A DNA stretch of 29,936 bases from contig JBGCDR010000439.1 in the NCBI GenBank assembly GCA_045105515.1, positions 1 to 29,936 of the forward strand, written 5' to 3'. The notes beneath the pieces are model-generated. The model made no database searches, had not been told where the DNA came from, and saw only the letters and a program-made list of their open reading frames with translations. Each line of letters begins with the position of its first letter. Position 1 is the first letter of the stretch. The position numbers were made by a program, and so were the translations under genes. The stretch is from Oligoflexales bacterium. Lineage in GTDB: Bacteria > Bdellovibrionota_B > Oligoflexia > Oligoflexales > Bog-1112. Of the stretch, positions 16,900 to 26,955 are shown in pieces.

Positions 16900-18147
16900 A
16901 TGAGCAAATCTCTTAAATCAGTCTTAAGGAGGATCATTGGCAAAAGCCATATGGATCCTAAATATTTTGTTTATTTCATCTGTTTTTTGCTTCTATTATC
17001 AGTTTACCTTTTTAGTAAAAGCGTAAACCATAGGGTAACCACAATATCTAATCAAAATGATGAGACTTCAATTAACCGAGTATTATCCTCAAACTCGGAA
17101 ATATACCGGCGAAAGGACAAAATCTATACCTCAAAAATCAAAGAACTCGAAGGTGAATTAAACCGCATGCAACATCAAATGAATGAATACCAAGACGAGC
17201 TCTCACTCCGAAAAAAAGATGAGCAAACTCATGCAAGGCCGGACGAAGAAAATATACAACATAGTCCTACTCATCTATCTCAATCACACACACCCAGTCC
17301 GCTGATTACCTCAGCTGTTCGCGAGTTCGAAACATCTCTAGCATCTGGACCAGTACCTGAAAAAAAATTTTATTCGAAAACAAATATAAACCCCATGAGC
17401 TCACGACACAACAAAGTAACATTGAAAGGCGAGTCAATCATTTCATTCCCTGTACAGTCATTAGAAAAATCGCTAGGTGATTCTGTTACGATACCGTCAG
17501 GCTCTTTTGTGAAAGCCAAGCTCTTAACCGGAATAGAAGCTCCAGAAGGAAAGGCTCTACCGGTTTTACTCCAAGCTGATTATGCTTTCATTGGTCCTAA
17601 TAAGAGTCAAATAGACCTTTCGGGTTGCTTCCTTATTGCTAAATCTACCGGAAACCTTTCAATAGAACGGGTCGAGATGCAAGTAGCTAAGATCTCATGT
17701 GTATCTAGCTCCGGTAAGTCCTTTGAACAAAAAATCTCTGGATTCGTTGCTGATGGAAAAGATAATTCATTTGCCATAGAAGGTAAAGTTAGTAGTAAAC
17801 GAGATCAAGTTGCCGCAATGGCTTTTCTCTCTTCGGTGGTAGAGGGAATAAGCTCTGCAGTGAGCCAAGCGCAAACAAACACGCTAAGGGACTCTCAAGG
17901 GACATCCACTATGATTTCTGGATCTCAGCAGAAATTCATCGCGGCAGGTGGAGCTAGTAGCGCTGCAAATACTATCACTAATTGGTATCTGCAACATGCC
18001 GAGAGCCTTCTACCAACGATTAATATCGGATCTGGCCAAGAAGTTTGGATTATAGTCCAGGAAAAAACTCGGCTACCCAATTGGTATTTTAAACGAGCAA
18101 AAACTACCAATGGTAATTCCTTTTACCTCAGCAATATTTTTCAGTAG
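16900..18147 (+). CDS. traB: TraB/VirB10 family protein
   Basis: N-terminal TM, coiled coil, Pro/Ser linker, IPSGSFVKAKLLTGIEAP and LSGCFLIAK...LSIERV motifs. Confidence 0.88.
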   Translation: MSKSLKSVLRRIIGKSHMDPKYFVYFICFLLLLSVYLFSKSVNHRVTTISNQNDETSINRVLSSNSEIYRRKDKIYTSKIKELEGELNRMQHQMNEYQDELSLRKKDEQTHARPDEENIQHSPTHLSQSHTPSPLITSAVREFETSLASGPVPEKKFYSKTNINPMSSRHNKVTLKGESIISFPVQSLEKSLGDSVTIPSGSFVKAKLLTGIEAPEGKALPVLLQADYAFIGPNKSQIDLSGCFLIAKSTGNLSIERVEMQVAKISCVSSSGKSFEQKISGFVADGKDNSFAIEGKVSSKRDQVAAMAFLSSVVEGISSAVSQAQTNTLRDSQGTSTMISGSQQKFIAAGGASSAANTITNWYLQHAESLLPTINIGSGQEVWIIVQEKTRLPNWYFKRAKTTNGNSFYLSNIFQ

Positions 18148-18155
18148 GAGATTTT

Positions 18156-18500
18156 ATGAATTTTATTCAGCTATTAGTGCTAGCTAACTTGCTTGGAGCT
18201 TGCGCAATAAACAGAGCACCTAGTCTAAATTTACTCGAAAAAACAGCTGATTATCAAAGCACCTATGAAATCGAGGAAGCTCTTAAGTCTGTAGATCATC
18301 CTTTGTTAGTGCCTGTAAGGACAACACCACAGATCGCAGATATTTGGGTTCACTCACGTGAGATGCCTAATGGTGACTATTTTCGCGGGGGATGGATCCG
18401 CACGGTGCTTATAAGGTCACACTGGCAGGTTGAGGAGCAAGAAATTAAGCCATTGGTAATACCTAAGGATGAAAAAAGAAAAGGTGAGTCTACACAATGA
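18156..18500 (+). CDS. traV: TraV-like lipoprotein
   Basis: Lipobox LLGAC; PVRTTPQIADIWV...GDY...W motif. Confidence 0.78.
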   Translation: MNFIQLLVLANLLGACAINRAPSLNLLEKTADYQSTYEIEEALKSVDHPLLVPVRTTPQIADIWVHSREMPNGDYFRGGWIRTVLIRSHWQVEEQEIKPLVIPKDEKRKGESTQ

Positions 18501-21037
18501 AAGCAATTGAAAACGTCTTGAGAAATCGTAATGTATTTACTGAAGCCCTTTTAAAAAGACCCGAGTCTCTAGGAAGTCTCTTACCCTATGAGGAATACTT
18601 GGATGACTTAGGAATTTTTCAATTAAAGGATGGATCTTTAGGGGCAGTATTCAAAGTTGAGCTTCTTGAGCATGAGTCTATGACAGAGGACCAAGTTTTA
18701 AGATCTGTTTCATCATTGAGGCAGTGGTTTTCCTTGCCAGAAAATTGTGCTCTACAGGTACTATTCGACAGCTCTAGATACTCTCCATTAGACAATAAAA
18801 TTCAGGAACTTAAGGATAATTTTGAAGATCCTCATCCTGTTTCAAAAGCACTGTTCGACGAAAAACTTAGATTAATTCAAAAAGATTGCTTGGAAACTTC
18901 TGAGACAAGCCCCCTTCAAAGGCAACTTCTGATTTCCATAAGGTACTTCTTAGCAAAGCCTTTTAAAGTAAAGCTAAATGAGCTATCGAAGTCTAATGCA
19001 AGTATAAGTCGTGAATTAAAAGATTTTAAAAATGAGTTGCATCGATTTGACCATATACTCAAAGATTTCAAAGAAAATAATGATATCTCTGTAAAGCAGT
19101 TGGGAGGTGAAGAATTTGCAAGAATTATTAGGAGGCAATTCAATCCTGAGTCCTATTATAAGCGAGATTTTGCACCTCTAAATAAAAATGTAGCCATATC
19201 AGATCAACTAATTTTCTCAACACCCAAGCTTAACTATGAAGGGATTGAATGTGAAGGGCACAAGACAAGGGTCCTGACCATAAAAACTGCTCCATGCCAC
19301 TCCTATCCTGGAGGGATGGCTTATTTCGTTGATTTAAACTTTCCTTTTCGAATCAGCATCAATTACTCATTTCCAAGGTATCAAGATGTAAAGAAATTCC
19401 TGGGAATGAAGGAGTTTTTTCTTGAAAATGCTGCTACAGCTAAGGCTAAGGTGCAAAAAGCTGAGATCGATGAAGTTCAGTATAAGTTAGCTCTTGATGA
19501 CCGCGTATTACACATGACTTTTTGTATTATAATCGATGGCAAAACTGATGAGGAACTGGATGATAAGACACGCAAGATTTGTCATATCTGCCACAGCCAC
19601 CTCGAGTGTGAAGTTATTTCCGAAACAGATATTGGCTTAGGTTTATGGATGAATGGATTACCACTGGGCTATACTCCTGATGCAGACCTCTCTACAAGGA
19701 GGGCGATCCGGATTTTGCGATCTGATGCGATAAATTTCATTCCTGTATTCGATTCTTTTAGGGGATTAAAAAAGCCAGTTGGCCTTCACCTATCAAGAGA
19801 GAATAATCTTGTACCTTTCTCCTTGCTAGAAAATGAAACCTCCAATCATACAGTTGTACTTGCCGATACTGGATCTGGTAAGTCCGCTTTTGTTGTTGAT
19901 TGGCTCCAATCTGCAAAAAAGCTAAGCCCAGAGCCAATTGTCTTTATTATCGATAAAAAATCTAGCTATGGCATGCTAAGCCAATACTATGATGGTGATT
20001 TAACAGTTTTTAAGCGGGATCAGAAGATTCCATTTTCTCCATTTCGCGGAATCTACAACGAAGAAAAAATTGCATTTTTAACTAAGATGATTTCGATGGC
20101 ATTGAAATTGACCTCACCTAGTTTCTCCGTAGAAAGTGAGCATCACACTTTAGTCTCTAAAGCTCTAAAATTAGCTTACCTGAAGAAATTAGACCGGCAT
20201 GGTCTAGACTATATTGAAGGCGAGTTTATCAAGCAGAAAGACAATACCCCAGTCACCATTGATATGAATGATTTCATTGTTGAACTTGGAAGCTTAGTGC
20301 AGGGAAAAAATGAAAATGAACGCTCGATTATTGAGACCTTAGTTTCAAAACTGAAACCGTTTTATGGGGACGGCACCTATGCAGCCTTTTTTACTGCAGG
20401 TCAATCTTCATCTCTCAATTCAGATACCCTCTTTTATGTCTATGATCTTGACGCACTGGATAGCGATCCGACTCTACAAACCTTGATGACTATGGCTGTC
20501 ATTGAAGAGATTCGCTGCATTCTCAGTTTACCTCAACATGCTGGAAGAACTGGATTTTTAGTTATGGAGGAGTTTGCCATGCTAGGGAGAAACAATCCAG
20601 CATTTAGCGACTTTGCCATAGATTTTGCTGAAACAATGAGAAAAAGGGGTTGCTGGTTGATAACCTTAACTCCAAGGCCGCAAAACTATTTTGACCTTGA
20701 GGTTGGCAAAGCTTTTTGGGGAGTAGCTGATAATTTTATCTTTCTGCAAATGAGTTCTGATAATGTCGATTACATTGCAAAAAAATCTTCACTGCTTAAT
20801 GAAGCAAACAATGAAATTATTAGATCTCTAAGGACTAAAAAAGGCCTATATGCTGATATATATTACCTGAATAAAAGCAAAAGCATTGCAGGGGCCTTTC
20901 GCTACAGACAAACATCATATGATCGTTGGATGTGCCCAACAAATGCCATAGACACTGCAAAAGTGATTAATGCCTTCGAAAAACATTCAAATAAATGGGC
21001 GGCATTGAAGTTCTTAGTTAGTCATGAGCAAGCTTAA
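18497..21037 (+). CDS. traC: TraC/VirB4 ATPase
   Basis: 846 aa; LLPYEEY N-terminus, Walker A ADTGSGKS, IIDKKSSY, Walker B LVMEEF, MRKRG. Confidence 0.92.
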   Translation: MKAIENVLRNRNVFTEALLKRPESLGSLLPYEEYLDDLGIFQLKDGSLGAVFKVELLEHESMTEDQVLRSVSSLRQWFSLPENCALQVLFDSSRYSPLDNKIQELKDNFEDPHPVSKALFDEKLRLIQKDCLETSETSPLQRQLLISIRYFLAKPFKVKLNELSKSNASISRELKDFKNELHRFDHILKDFKENNDISVKQLGGEEFARIIRRQFNPESYYKRDFAPLNKNVAISDQLIFSTPKLNYEGIECEGHKTRVLTIKTAPCHSYPGGMAYFVDLNFPFRISINYSFPRYQDVKKFLGMKEFFLENAATAKAKVQKAEIDEVQYKLALDDRVLHMTFCIIIDGKTDEELDDKTRKICHICHSHLECEVISETDIGLGLWMNGLPLGYTPDADLSTRRAIRILRSDAINFIPVFDSFRGLKKPVGLHLSRENNLVPFSLLENETSNHTVVLADTGSGKSAFVVDWLQSAKKLSPEPIVFIIDKKSSYGMLSQYYDGDLTVFKRDQKIPFSPFRGIYNEEKIAFLTKMISMALKLTSPSFSVESEHHTLVSKALKLAYLKKLDRHGLDYIEGEFIKQKDNTPVTIDMNDFIVELGSLVQGKNENERSIIETLVSKLKPFYGDGTYAAFFTAGQSSSLNSDTLFYVYDLDALDSDPTLQTLMTMAVIEEIRCILSLPQHAGRTGFLVMEEFAMLGRNNPAFSDFAIDFAETMRKRGCWLITLTPRPQNYFDLEVGKAFWGVADNFIFLQMSSDNVDYIAKKSSLLNEANNEIIRSLRTKKGLYADIYYLNKSKSIAGAFRYRQTSYDRWMCPTNAIDTAKVINAFEKHSNKWAALKFLVSHEQA

Positions 21038-21076
21038 GAAAACTCAAACAATCATGATTCAATATTGGGGGGAAGT

Positions 21077-22354
21077 ATGTATAATCATCTATTTCTATTA
21101 TCTTTATTTCTATCTAGTCATGCTTTAGCTAGCATGGGTTTTAAATCAAGTAGCAAAGTGAGCCCTCAGGATTACCTCTACAAATCTTACTCTCCTTTCG
21201 AAGATCCACTATTTAACCGACAAGCTCCTATTAGCTTAGATGTCGAAGTAGGAGTAACCTCTGATTGTGGAAAAATCAATTTTAAATCGACCATGCAAGC
21301 TGCACTAAAAAATATCCTCAATGCAAATTACCTTCAAAATCTTGGCCAAGGTATCATCGCTGCTTCACCTATGTTGACCGTCTGCTATATGAGCCCAACA
21401 TGGTGTGCCATATTGAAGCAGTTTCGCTTAAGGGCAAGCTTTCTTACAGACATGAGACTCAAGCAATGCCAAGCTATCAATCGATTTATAGATCAAAGGG
21501 TTTCAAACTTCTATCAAGAACGTTCCCAATGCGTAAGAGGTCAGATTGATGCAAAAAGTGGGAATTTTGAGGAAGCCATGGATGTTTGTAATAACAGTCA
21601 TGATAGAAAACTCACCGACTGGGCCGGTAAGCGAGTTGATTCCCTGAAAATACTAGAAGATACAGCAAAATGGGCCGGCCTCAATAGCACCAAGGGCGAT
21701 CAACTCGTTGGTTTGGTTAAATCAATGATTGGTGAGGATATCATCAAGCAAGATCGAATAAGTGTTGATTATGGTCCTAGACGGATGAATCTCACCCCGC
21801 GCACCTACCTTCTTGAAATCAAACAAGCAAAGCACCGGGACCTTTGCGAAAAGCTTCTGCACCAAATCACGGACAGTGATAGTCGAATAAAAATTTCAGA
21901 TCAGGAGCTAAAACAAATAAGTGGAGGCAATCAAAAGATCTTGGACCGTCAAACACTTATGTCCCTTGCTTTTCTACCTTTTCAAAAAAGACAGATATAT
22001 TGCAGGGAACTTTCAGATGCTCTTGCTGTAGGTGAATTCAATGAAGATATGTCAAAAACCTTAGACTTTATAGCAAGCAAGGTAGGGACTAATCCTAATA
22101 TATCGACTGAGCACCAAGAAAACATAGCACGTAAACGAGGAGCCTTGAAGGATCAAATCGAGTTGACTCAATCTATTGAACGGACTGAAGGAACGCCTTT
22201 AAATAAAATCCTATTTCAGATCAATCAAGAAGGTGAAAAATTCATCGCAGCTGCATCCAAACGCCAACTGGGTGCATCGGAGAATGCCCGTATTAATCAT
22301 CGCGTTGACGGCGTTTTCTTCGACTGTGCTGATGGCATAGGGTGTTCAAGATAG
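21077..22354 (+). CDS. traH: TraH-like pilus assembly protein
   Basis: Signal peptide; SDCGKIN motif and Cys pattern (VCYMSPTWC...QCQ); directly upstream of traG-like gene. Confidence 0.55.
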   Translation: MYNHLFLLSLFLSSHALASMGFKSSSKVSPQDYLYKSYSPFEDPLFNRQAPISLDVEVGVTSDCGKINFKSTMQAALKNILNANYLQNLGQGIIAASPMLTVCYMSPTWCAILKQFRLRASFLTDMRLKQCQAINRFIDQRVSNFYQERSQCVRGQIDAKSGNFEEAMDVCNNSHDRKLTDWAGKRVDSLKILEDTAKWAGLNSTKGDQLVGLVKSMIGEDIIKQDRISVDYGPRRMNLTPRTYLLEIKQAKHRDLCEKLLHQITDSDSRIKISDQELKQISGGNQKILDRQTLMSLAFLPFQKRQIYCRELSDALAVGEFNEDMSKTLDFIASKVGTNPNISTEHQENIARKRGALKDQIELTQSIERTEGTPLNKILFQINQEGEKFIAAASKRQLGASENARINHRVDGVFFDCADGIGCSR

Positions 22355-22362
22355 GGGATAAA

Positions 22363-23889
22363 ATGTTTAGTACTACTGCTTACGAAGCCTATTATACTTA
22401 CATTGGTATGCATTTGCACCAGACTTCGATACAAATCATCAGCTCACATGCTGTTTTATTTGCAATTCTAACTTTAATTCTTGGGGTAACCGTTTTTTTA
22501 GGAGTTTGGAAGTATTTTTCCAAATATTTCCCACCTTCATTTGGTAGCGGACCTTCAGTAGGACCGGGATATTTTATCAAGCTACTAGTATGTTTTGTTC
22601 TAGGTATATCCCTTTTAAGGTTAGGTAGTGAAAGCGAGGTTAAAAATTATAATGAGAACTCTTGGCATAATAACCCCTATGTCGCATCCCGTACTCTAGT
22701 GATTAATGAAAAATACAAAGTGAGTTTTATTTTTGACCTTTTAACCAGGACTGCGGAAGAGTTAGCTGCCTATGCTAGTAAAGTTGTAGACGAATTATTT
22801 GCTAGTTCAAACTCTGAGCTAGGGGCTCCAGCAGCTTTTTATAAGGCTATTCTATATGCAGGATCCCAGACCATAGATGATGCTGACTTAAGGGATAAAA
22901 TTGATGTTTATACAGATAGCTGTTTTGAACAAGTTCTACCACTTATTAAGTTAGCAGCACAGCAAGACAAAATAGACGCATTCTTCAATACCGACGGTAT
23001 CATAGACCGAGAGCTAAAAGAGATCCAAATCACTAAGGATGATGGAAGTAGGCAAAGCTGTAAGGATTTGAAAGATAAGTTGAGACAGGATCTACTGAAT
23101 TACGCAGGAGAAAAGGGTGCGCCATTTTGGAAAGCTTATCGCGGTAAATACAATTTTTACAATACTGAAGACTCTATTCGCCAGGAATATAATCTCATCG
23201 CTTCTAGTACCTTGGTCAATCACTACATATCTCAAAACGAAAATCTTCTCGGGGAGCAAAAAGGATCTGAGGTAAGAGGCACATTGGCAAACTTTCTTCG
23301 AGGTTGGAATCAACTAACTTCTTGGGATGGAATTTTGTCCCTATTTGGGAAAAAGAATCAGGTGGGTGCTGTTTTGACAGCCGAAAGGGCAGAAAAATTC
23401 TCAGAATACCTTCAAAGAGCCCCCCACCTCAAAGGGATGGTTAAGATGTTTTTGATTTTTATCTTTCCGTGGCTTGTTTTTTTCGTGATTGCTGGAAGAT
23501 GGAAAGTACTGATAGCTTGGTTTGCCCTTTATTGTTCTGTACTGCTCTGGACCCCTCTTTGGATCCTCCTATATCATTTGATGACATCCATTGCAGTATC
23601 AACTGACCTTATGCATGAATGGGGACGCATTTCTGATGGCATATCACTATATTCCGCTAGCTTTATAACAGTCAAAATCTATCAATTTTACGCTATATAC
23701 TCATGGCTACAGCTCATAATTGGTCCACTTCCGACAATGATTCTAGCTTACGGATGCTTTTCAGGGATATTAAATGACTCACAGACTGAGCATAAACCTC
23801 AGATAGTTTCAGATGCCAAAAATATTGGTTTGGGAGCGGTAAACGGAGGAGCTTCTGGAGCTGCTAGCGTTGTTGCTAGAAAGATTTAG
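22363..23889 (+). CDS. traG: TraG N-terminal domain (VirB6-like) membrane protein
   Basis: N-terminal TMs, periplasmic region with YTDSCF and QSCKD, then PHLKGMVKMFLIFIFPWLV...LLWTPLW TM cluster. Confidence 0.75.
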   Translation: MFSTTAYEAYYTYIGMHLHQTSIQIISSHAVLFAILTLILGVTVFLGVWKYFSKYFPPSFGSGPSVGPGYFIKLLVCFVLGISLLRLGSESEVKNYNENSWHNNPYVASRTLVINEKYKVSFIFDLLTRTAEELAAYASKVVDELFASSNSELGAPAAFYKAILYAGSQTIDDADLRDKIDVYTDSCFEQVLPLIKLAAQQDKIDAFFNTDGIIDRELKEIQITKDDGSRQSCKDLKDKLRQDLLNYAGEKGAPFWKAYRGKYNFYNTEDSIRQEYNLIASSTLVNHYISQNENLLGEQKGSEVRGTLANFLRGWNQLTSWDGILSLFGKKNQVGAVLTAERAEKFSEYLQRAPHLKGMVKMFLIFIFPWLVFFVIAGRWKVLIAWFALYCSVLLWTPLWILLYHLMTSIAVSTDLMHEWGRISDGISLYSASFITVKIYQFYAIYSWLQLIIGPLPTMILAYGCFSGILNDSQTEHKPQIVSDAKNIGLGAVNGGASGAASVVARKI

Positions 23890-24000
23890 CTTTTGAATTA
23901 GGCTCTATTTTCACCTTAGGTATCAATCCGCAATATCAATACTCTCCTCTTTAACTCCTCCCTATTCTTAAAATAACTGAAACCTTAACTGGAAAAGAAA

Positions 24001-25530
24001 ATGAAGAATAATGGCAGACTGCAAATTGCTCAAAGTAACGTCAAAGATAGTCTACTATCAAGTCACCTAAATGAATTTGTTGTAATTTCAGGAATGGGAG
24101 TTTGGGTATTAATAAAGTCACTCATATCAATATATGCTCCAATTACGATCGGAATTCTTTCCGGAATGTGCTATCTTACGTACCAAATTGCTTCATCAGG
24201 CCAGCATATTCAATGGATCCATCACGTAAAACCTGAATTATTTTCAATTGAACGGCTGGATTGGATGTGGGGTATTCCAGTTATTTATCATTGCTTGTTT
24301 TTGTATCTTACTGTCCTCTCACCAATAGTTCTTTTCCTAGGGATGTGGGCACGAGGCCGCAGGACCAAGTATCAAAAGGTATTTCAATCCATAGGTCTAA
24401 CTAATGGGCATAAAGACACACCAAAGCTGCTCAAATTCAATCGTTTTGATAGATTTAGAAAGAACTATTTGTTCGATGCAAATGGCATAGGTCTATCAGA
24501 ATTTGAAGAAAAAAAAGAGCGGCTAGAGGCTAATTTTCGATCCAATATTGAGTCGATTAAACTGGGGCCTAGACCGGGGCTAGTTTTAATTAGCTTCAAT
24601 GACAAAAAATTTCCTGACTCTGTAAAATACACTGACTTGGCAGCTTCCACATTGCTACCGCGCGACTCATTTTTTATTGGGCAATCTACTGAAGGCACAA
24701 TAACCCAAGCAATATCAGAGTTACCACATATGCTCATTGCAGGTACGACTGGAAGCGGAAAGTCCGTAGCATTCAAACAAATTCTGATGGGTCTCCTTGA
24801 ATCATCTAAACACTTACAAATGTACCTAGTAGATTTAAAGGGTGGCGTGGAAATGATTGACTTTGTTAAGTGTCCAAATGTCAAAGTAGTCAAGACTATG
24901 GAAGATGCATTGATTGTTCTTAGAATGGTTGAGAAAGAGATGAAAGAACGTTTTCGATACCTAGAAGAATGTAATCGTAAGCAGATTGTCCCTGAAATTG
25001 ATAAAAAAGACCGAATCGTAGTTGGAGTCGATGAATGCTCAGTCTTATACATGAATCGACCAAGAAATGATCCTGAATATGAGGATGCCCTTGAAGCAAG
25101 GCAGTTGGCAGATTCGATATGCAAACTCTCAAGAGCAGCTTCAATACATATGATCCTTGCGACACAAAAGCTCGACCGGCAAGTGATCCCTACCTCAGTG
25201 TCTGAGAACATTTCAGGAAGATTAGCATTTCGAGCAAACTCCCTACAGGGGAGCTTAATTGTTTTGGGGTCTAAAGATGCCTGCGAATTACCTGAAATAC
25301 CTGGTCGTGGAATATGGTCATTTGGAACAAAAAAGGTGACAGTTCAAGCGCCTTATATTGAAGAAAAGATAATCAAATCTAGAAGCGAAAATATCGCTAA
25401 GTTGTTTGCTACTGGCAAGAAAAAGTTGCTAAACCCAATGCTAGGAGATGCAGCAAAATTTAATAGCAAAAGAATAAAGAAAGTTTATTCTCAACTTAAG
25501 GAGCATGATAATGCATCTAAACAAAAATGA
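24001..25530 (+). CDS. FtsK/SpoIIIE-family ATPase, probable coupling protein
   Basis: N-terminal TMs; PHMLIAGTTGSGKS, LVDLKGG, EMKERF, VVGVDE, SRAASIHMILATQK, PGRG. Confidence 0.9.
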   Translation: MKNNGRLQIAQSNVKDSLLSSHLNEFVVISGMGVWVLIKSLISIYAPITIGILSGMCYLTYQIASSGQHIQWIHHVKPELFSIERLDWMWGIPVIYHCLFLYLTVLSPIVLFLGMWARGRRTKYQKVFQSIGLTNGHKDTPKLLKFNRFDRFRKNYLFDANGIGLSEFEEKKERLEANFRSNIESIKLGPRPGLVLISFNDKKFPDSVKYTDLAASTLLPRDSFFIGQSTEGTITQAISELPHMLIAGTTGSGKSVAFKQILMGLLESSKHLQMYLVDLKGGVEMIDFVKCPNVKVVKTMEDALIVLRMVEKEMKERFRYLEECNRKQIVPEIDKKDRIVVGVDECSVLYMNRPRNDPEYEDALEARQLADSICKLSRAASIHMILATQKLDRQVIPTSVSENISGRLAFRANSLQGSLIVLGSKDACELPEIPGRGIWSFGTKKVTVQAPYIEEKIIKSRSENIAKLFATGKKKLLNPMLGDAAKFNSKRIKKVYSQLKEHDNASKQK

Positions 25531-26263
25531 TCAGGACTTGCTCAAGTATCTATTCAAGGTTAAAGTAGCCACATACAAGCAAATTCATCGAGATATTTAC
25601 CCCATGTATGCTATGAAAACTACTTACAAACGTGTTGTAACTTTACAGAAGAATAGATTATTATCATCTTCTTATAACCGCGTAGGTCTTCAGAAAGAAA
25701 AAATCCTATCTTTATCTGTGCTAGGTTATCGTAAATTTGTAGAAACTGGAGGAGAATCTCGGGTTGAATTGAAAAGCGATGCTATTTCCCATGATCTTGT
25801 TCTTGTCGACATTAGAAATAACTTTATGCAGCATGATCAGGTAAAGAAATACTACACTGAAAATCAAATGCAAACTTGGTGGCTTAAATCGTCTAACTGG
25901 ATTTACAAAGATTTTGCAAGCTTGAATACAGATGCTATGGCATTGACGTCTATTGGTGACGAAACTGTTTGGACAGCCATTGAATACGAGCCATCTGAAA
26001 AGAGTGAAGCACGTTACCGATCCATTGTAAAACGATTCTACTCTAATGATGATATTACTTTCGTTTTATATTGTTGTGACAACGAAAGGGTTATGAATCG
26101 TTTAATCGACTCTGAGAACAAAGTTTATAAAGGAGATTTTCCAAAACTATTTTTTAACGTAGGACAATTTCTTAGAAGCAACAATACTCTAAGATTCAAA
26201 AATCGTGACAATAAAATGCTATCAATACAACAAGAATCTGCTAAAGAAAATGTGGAGAATTAG
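25511..26263 (+). CDS. Replic_Relax/MOBC-like relaxase
   Basis: N-terminal wHTH, SHDL, and D-x16-E-Y-E-P-S-E-K-x3-R-Y matching the MOBC-type D..ExE..K...RY signature; overlaps the FtsK gene. Confidence 0.75.
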   Translation: MHLNKNDQDLLKYLFKVKVATYKQIHRDIYPMYAMKTTYKRVVTLQKNRLLSSSYNRVGLQKEKILSLSVLGYRKFVETGGESRVELKSDAISHDLVLVDIRNNFMQHDQVKKYYTENQMQTWWLKSSNWIYKDFASLNTDAMALTSIGDETVWTAIEYEPSEKSEARYRSIVKRFYSNDDITFVLYCCDNERVMNRLIDSENKVYKGDFPKLFFNVGQFLRSNNTLRFKNRDNKMLSIQQESAKENVEN

Positions 26264-26412
26264 CGGAGAATATTCTCTCAAGAAGACTTCATACATCCCT
26301 GATATTACTATTATTATTTTATCTCTATATTCTGACTAACTACTCATTACGCTGATTTCTCTATTTTCAATCTTTCTGCAACTTTCTAGAAACCATAATT
26401 ATGGAGTCACGG

Positions 26413-26916
26413 ATGGAATTCAATACCAATACCAATACCAATACCAATACCAATACCAATACCAATACCAATACCAATACCAATACCAATACCAATACCA
26501 ATACCAATACCAATACCAATACCAATACCAATGCCAATGCCAATGCCAAGCCTACCAACAAACCTCCGATCTCAAATACCACTCCCATTAGAATCAATAA
26601 ACCAACAGCAAGAACACTTAAGTCGATTGTTGCAAGATGTAACCGAAAGTCCCACGGCAAGAAAGTCAAAGCTGATGATGTAATTGGAAAATCCCTAATG
26701 CTGCTTACAGATCAAGACATCGAGGAGATCAAAAACCAAACACTTTCTAGCCAGGATAAACTCGAAATCGAATTCAAAATGTACTGCAGAAAAAATGGAT
26801 GTATTTCTAAAGATGATTTTCTAAAACTTATCTTATCCAAAGCACTGCCTTACATTTCTCTATCACAAAAAAAAGAATCAAAAAATGAGTCCACATCTGT
26901 CCAAAATCCTGCTTAA
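26413..26916 (+). CDS. Small basic protein with N-terminal (NT)18(NA)3 tract; possible RHH-like accessory DNA-binding protein
   Basis: GGAG RBS before ATG 26413 (alternative 26401); PIRINKPTARTLKSIV beta-helix pattern after the repeat. Confidence 0.65.
   Translation: MEFNTNTNTNTNTNTNTNTNTNTNTNTNTNTNTNTNTNTNANANAKPTNKPPISNTTPIRINKPTARTLKSIVARCNRKSHGKKVKADDVIGKSLMLLTDQDIEEIKNQTLSSQDKLEIEFKMYCRKNGCISKDDFLKLILSKALPYISLSQKKESKNESTSVQNPA
26422..26547 (+). repeat. Hexanucleotide tandem repeat (AATACC)18(AATGCC)3
   Basis: Counted directly: perfect AATACC units 26422-26529, then three AATGCC units. Confidence 0.98.
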
Positions 26917-26955
26917 TTTTTTATCTCATTTAGGAATAACTACATAGGAACAACC

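Noticed and set aside
2261..23313. Short antisense or nested ORFs in the track (e.g. 2261-2467, 5447-5635, 6507-6752, 8622-8804, 8704-8928, 9330-9530, 10708-10977, 11722-11970, 12633-12932, 13512-13913, 14820-15026, 17925-18110, 18916-19143, 22398-22580, 23092-23313)
   Set aside because: Each lies within a longer gene with better support and shows no independent coding evidence
24465..25211. 248-aa minus-strand ORF
   Set aside because: Wholly antisense to the well-supported FtsK ATPase; no motifs; shadow ORF
26422..26547. Repeat considered as a CRISPR array or telomere-like tract
   Set aside because: No spacers and no cas genes; internal, in-frame simple hexamer repeat
26367..26669. Minus-strand poly-(Leu-Val) ORF that looks like a membrane protein
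   Set aside because: Just the antisense reading of the AATACC repeat
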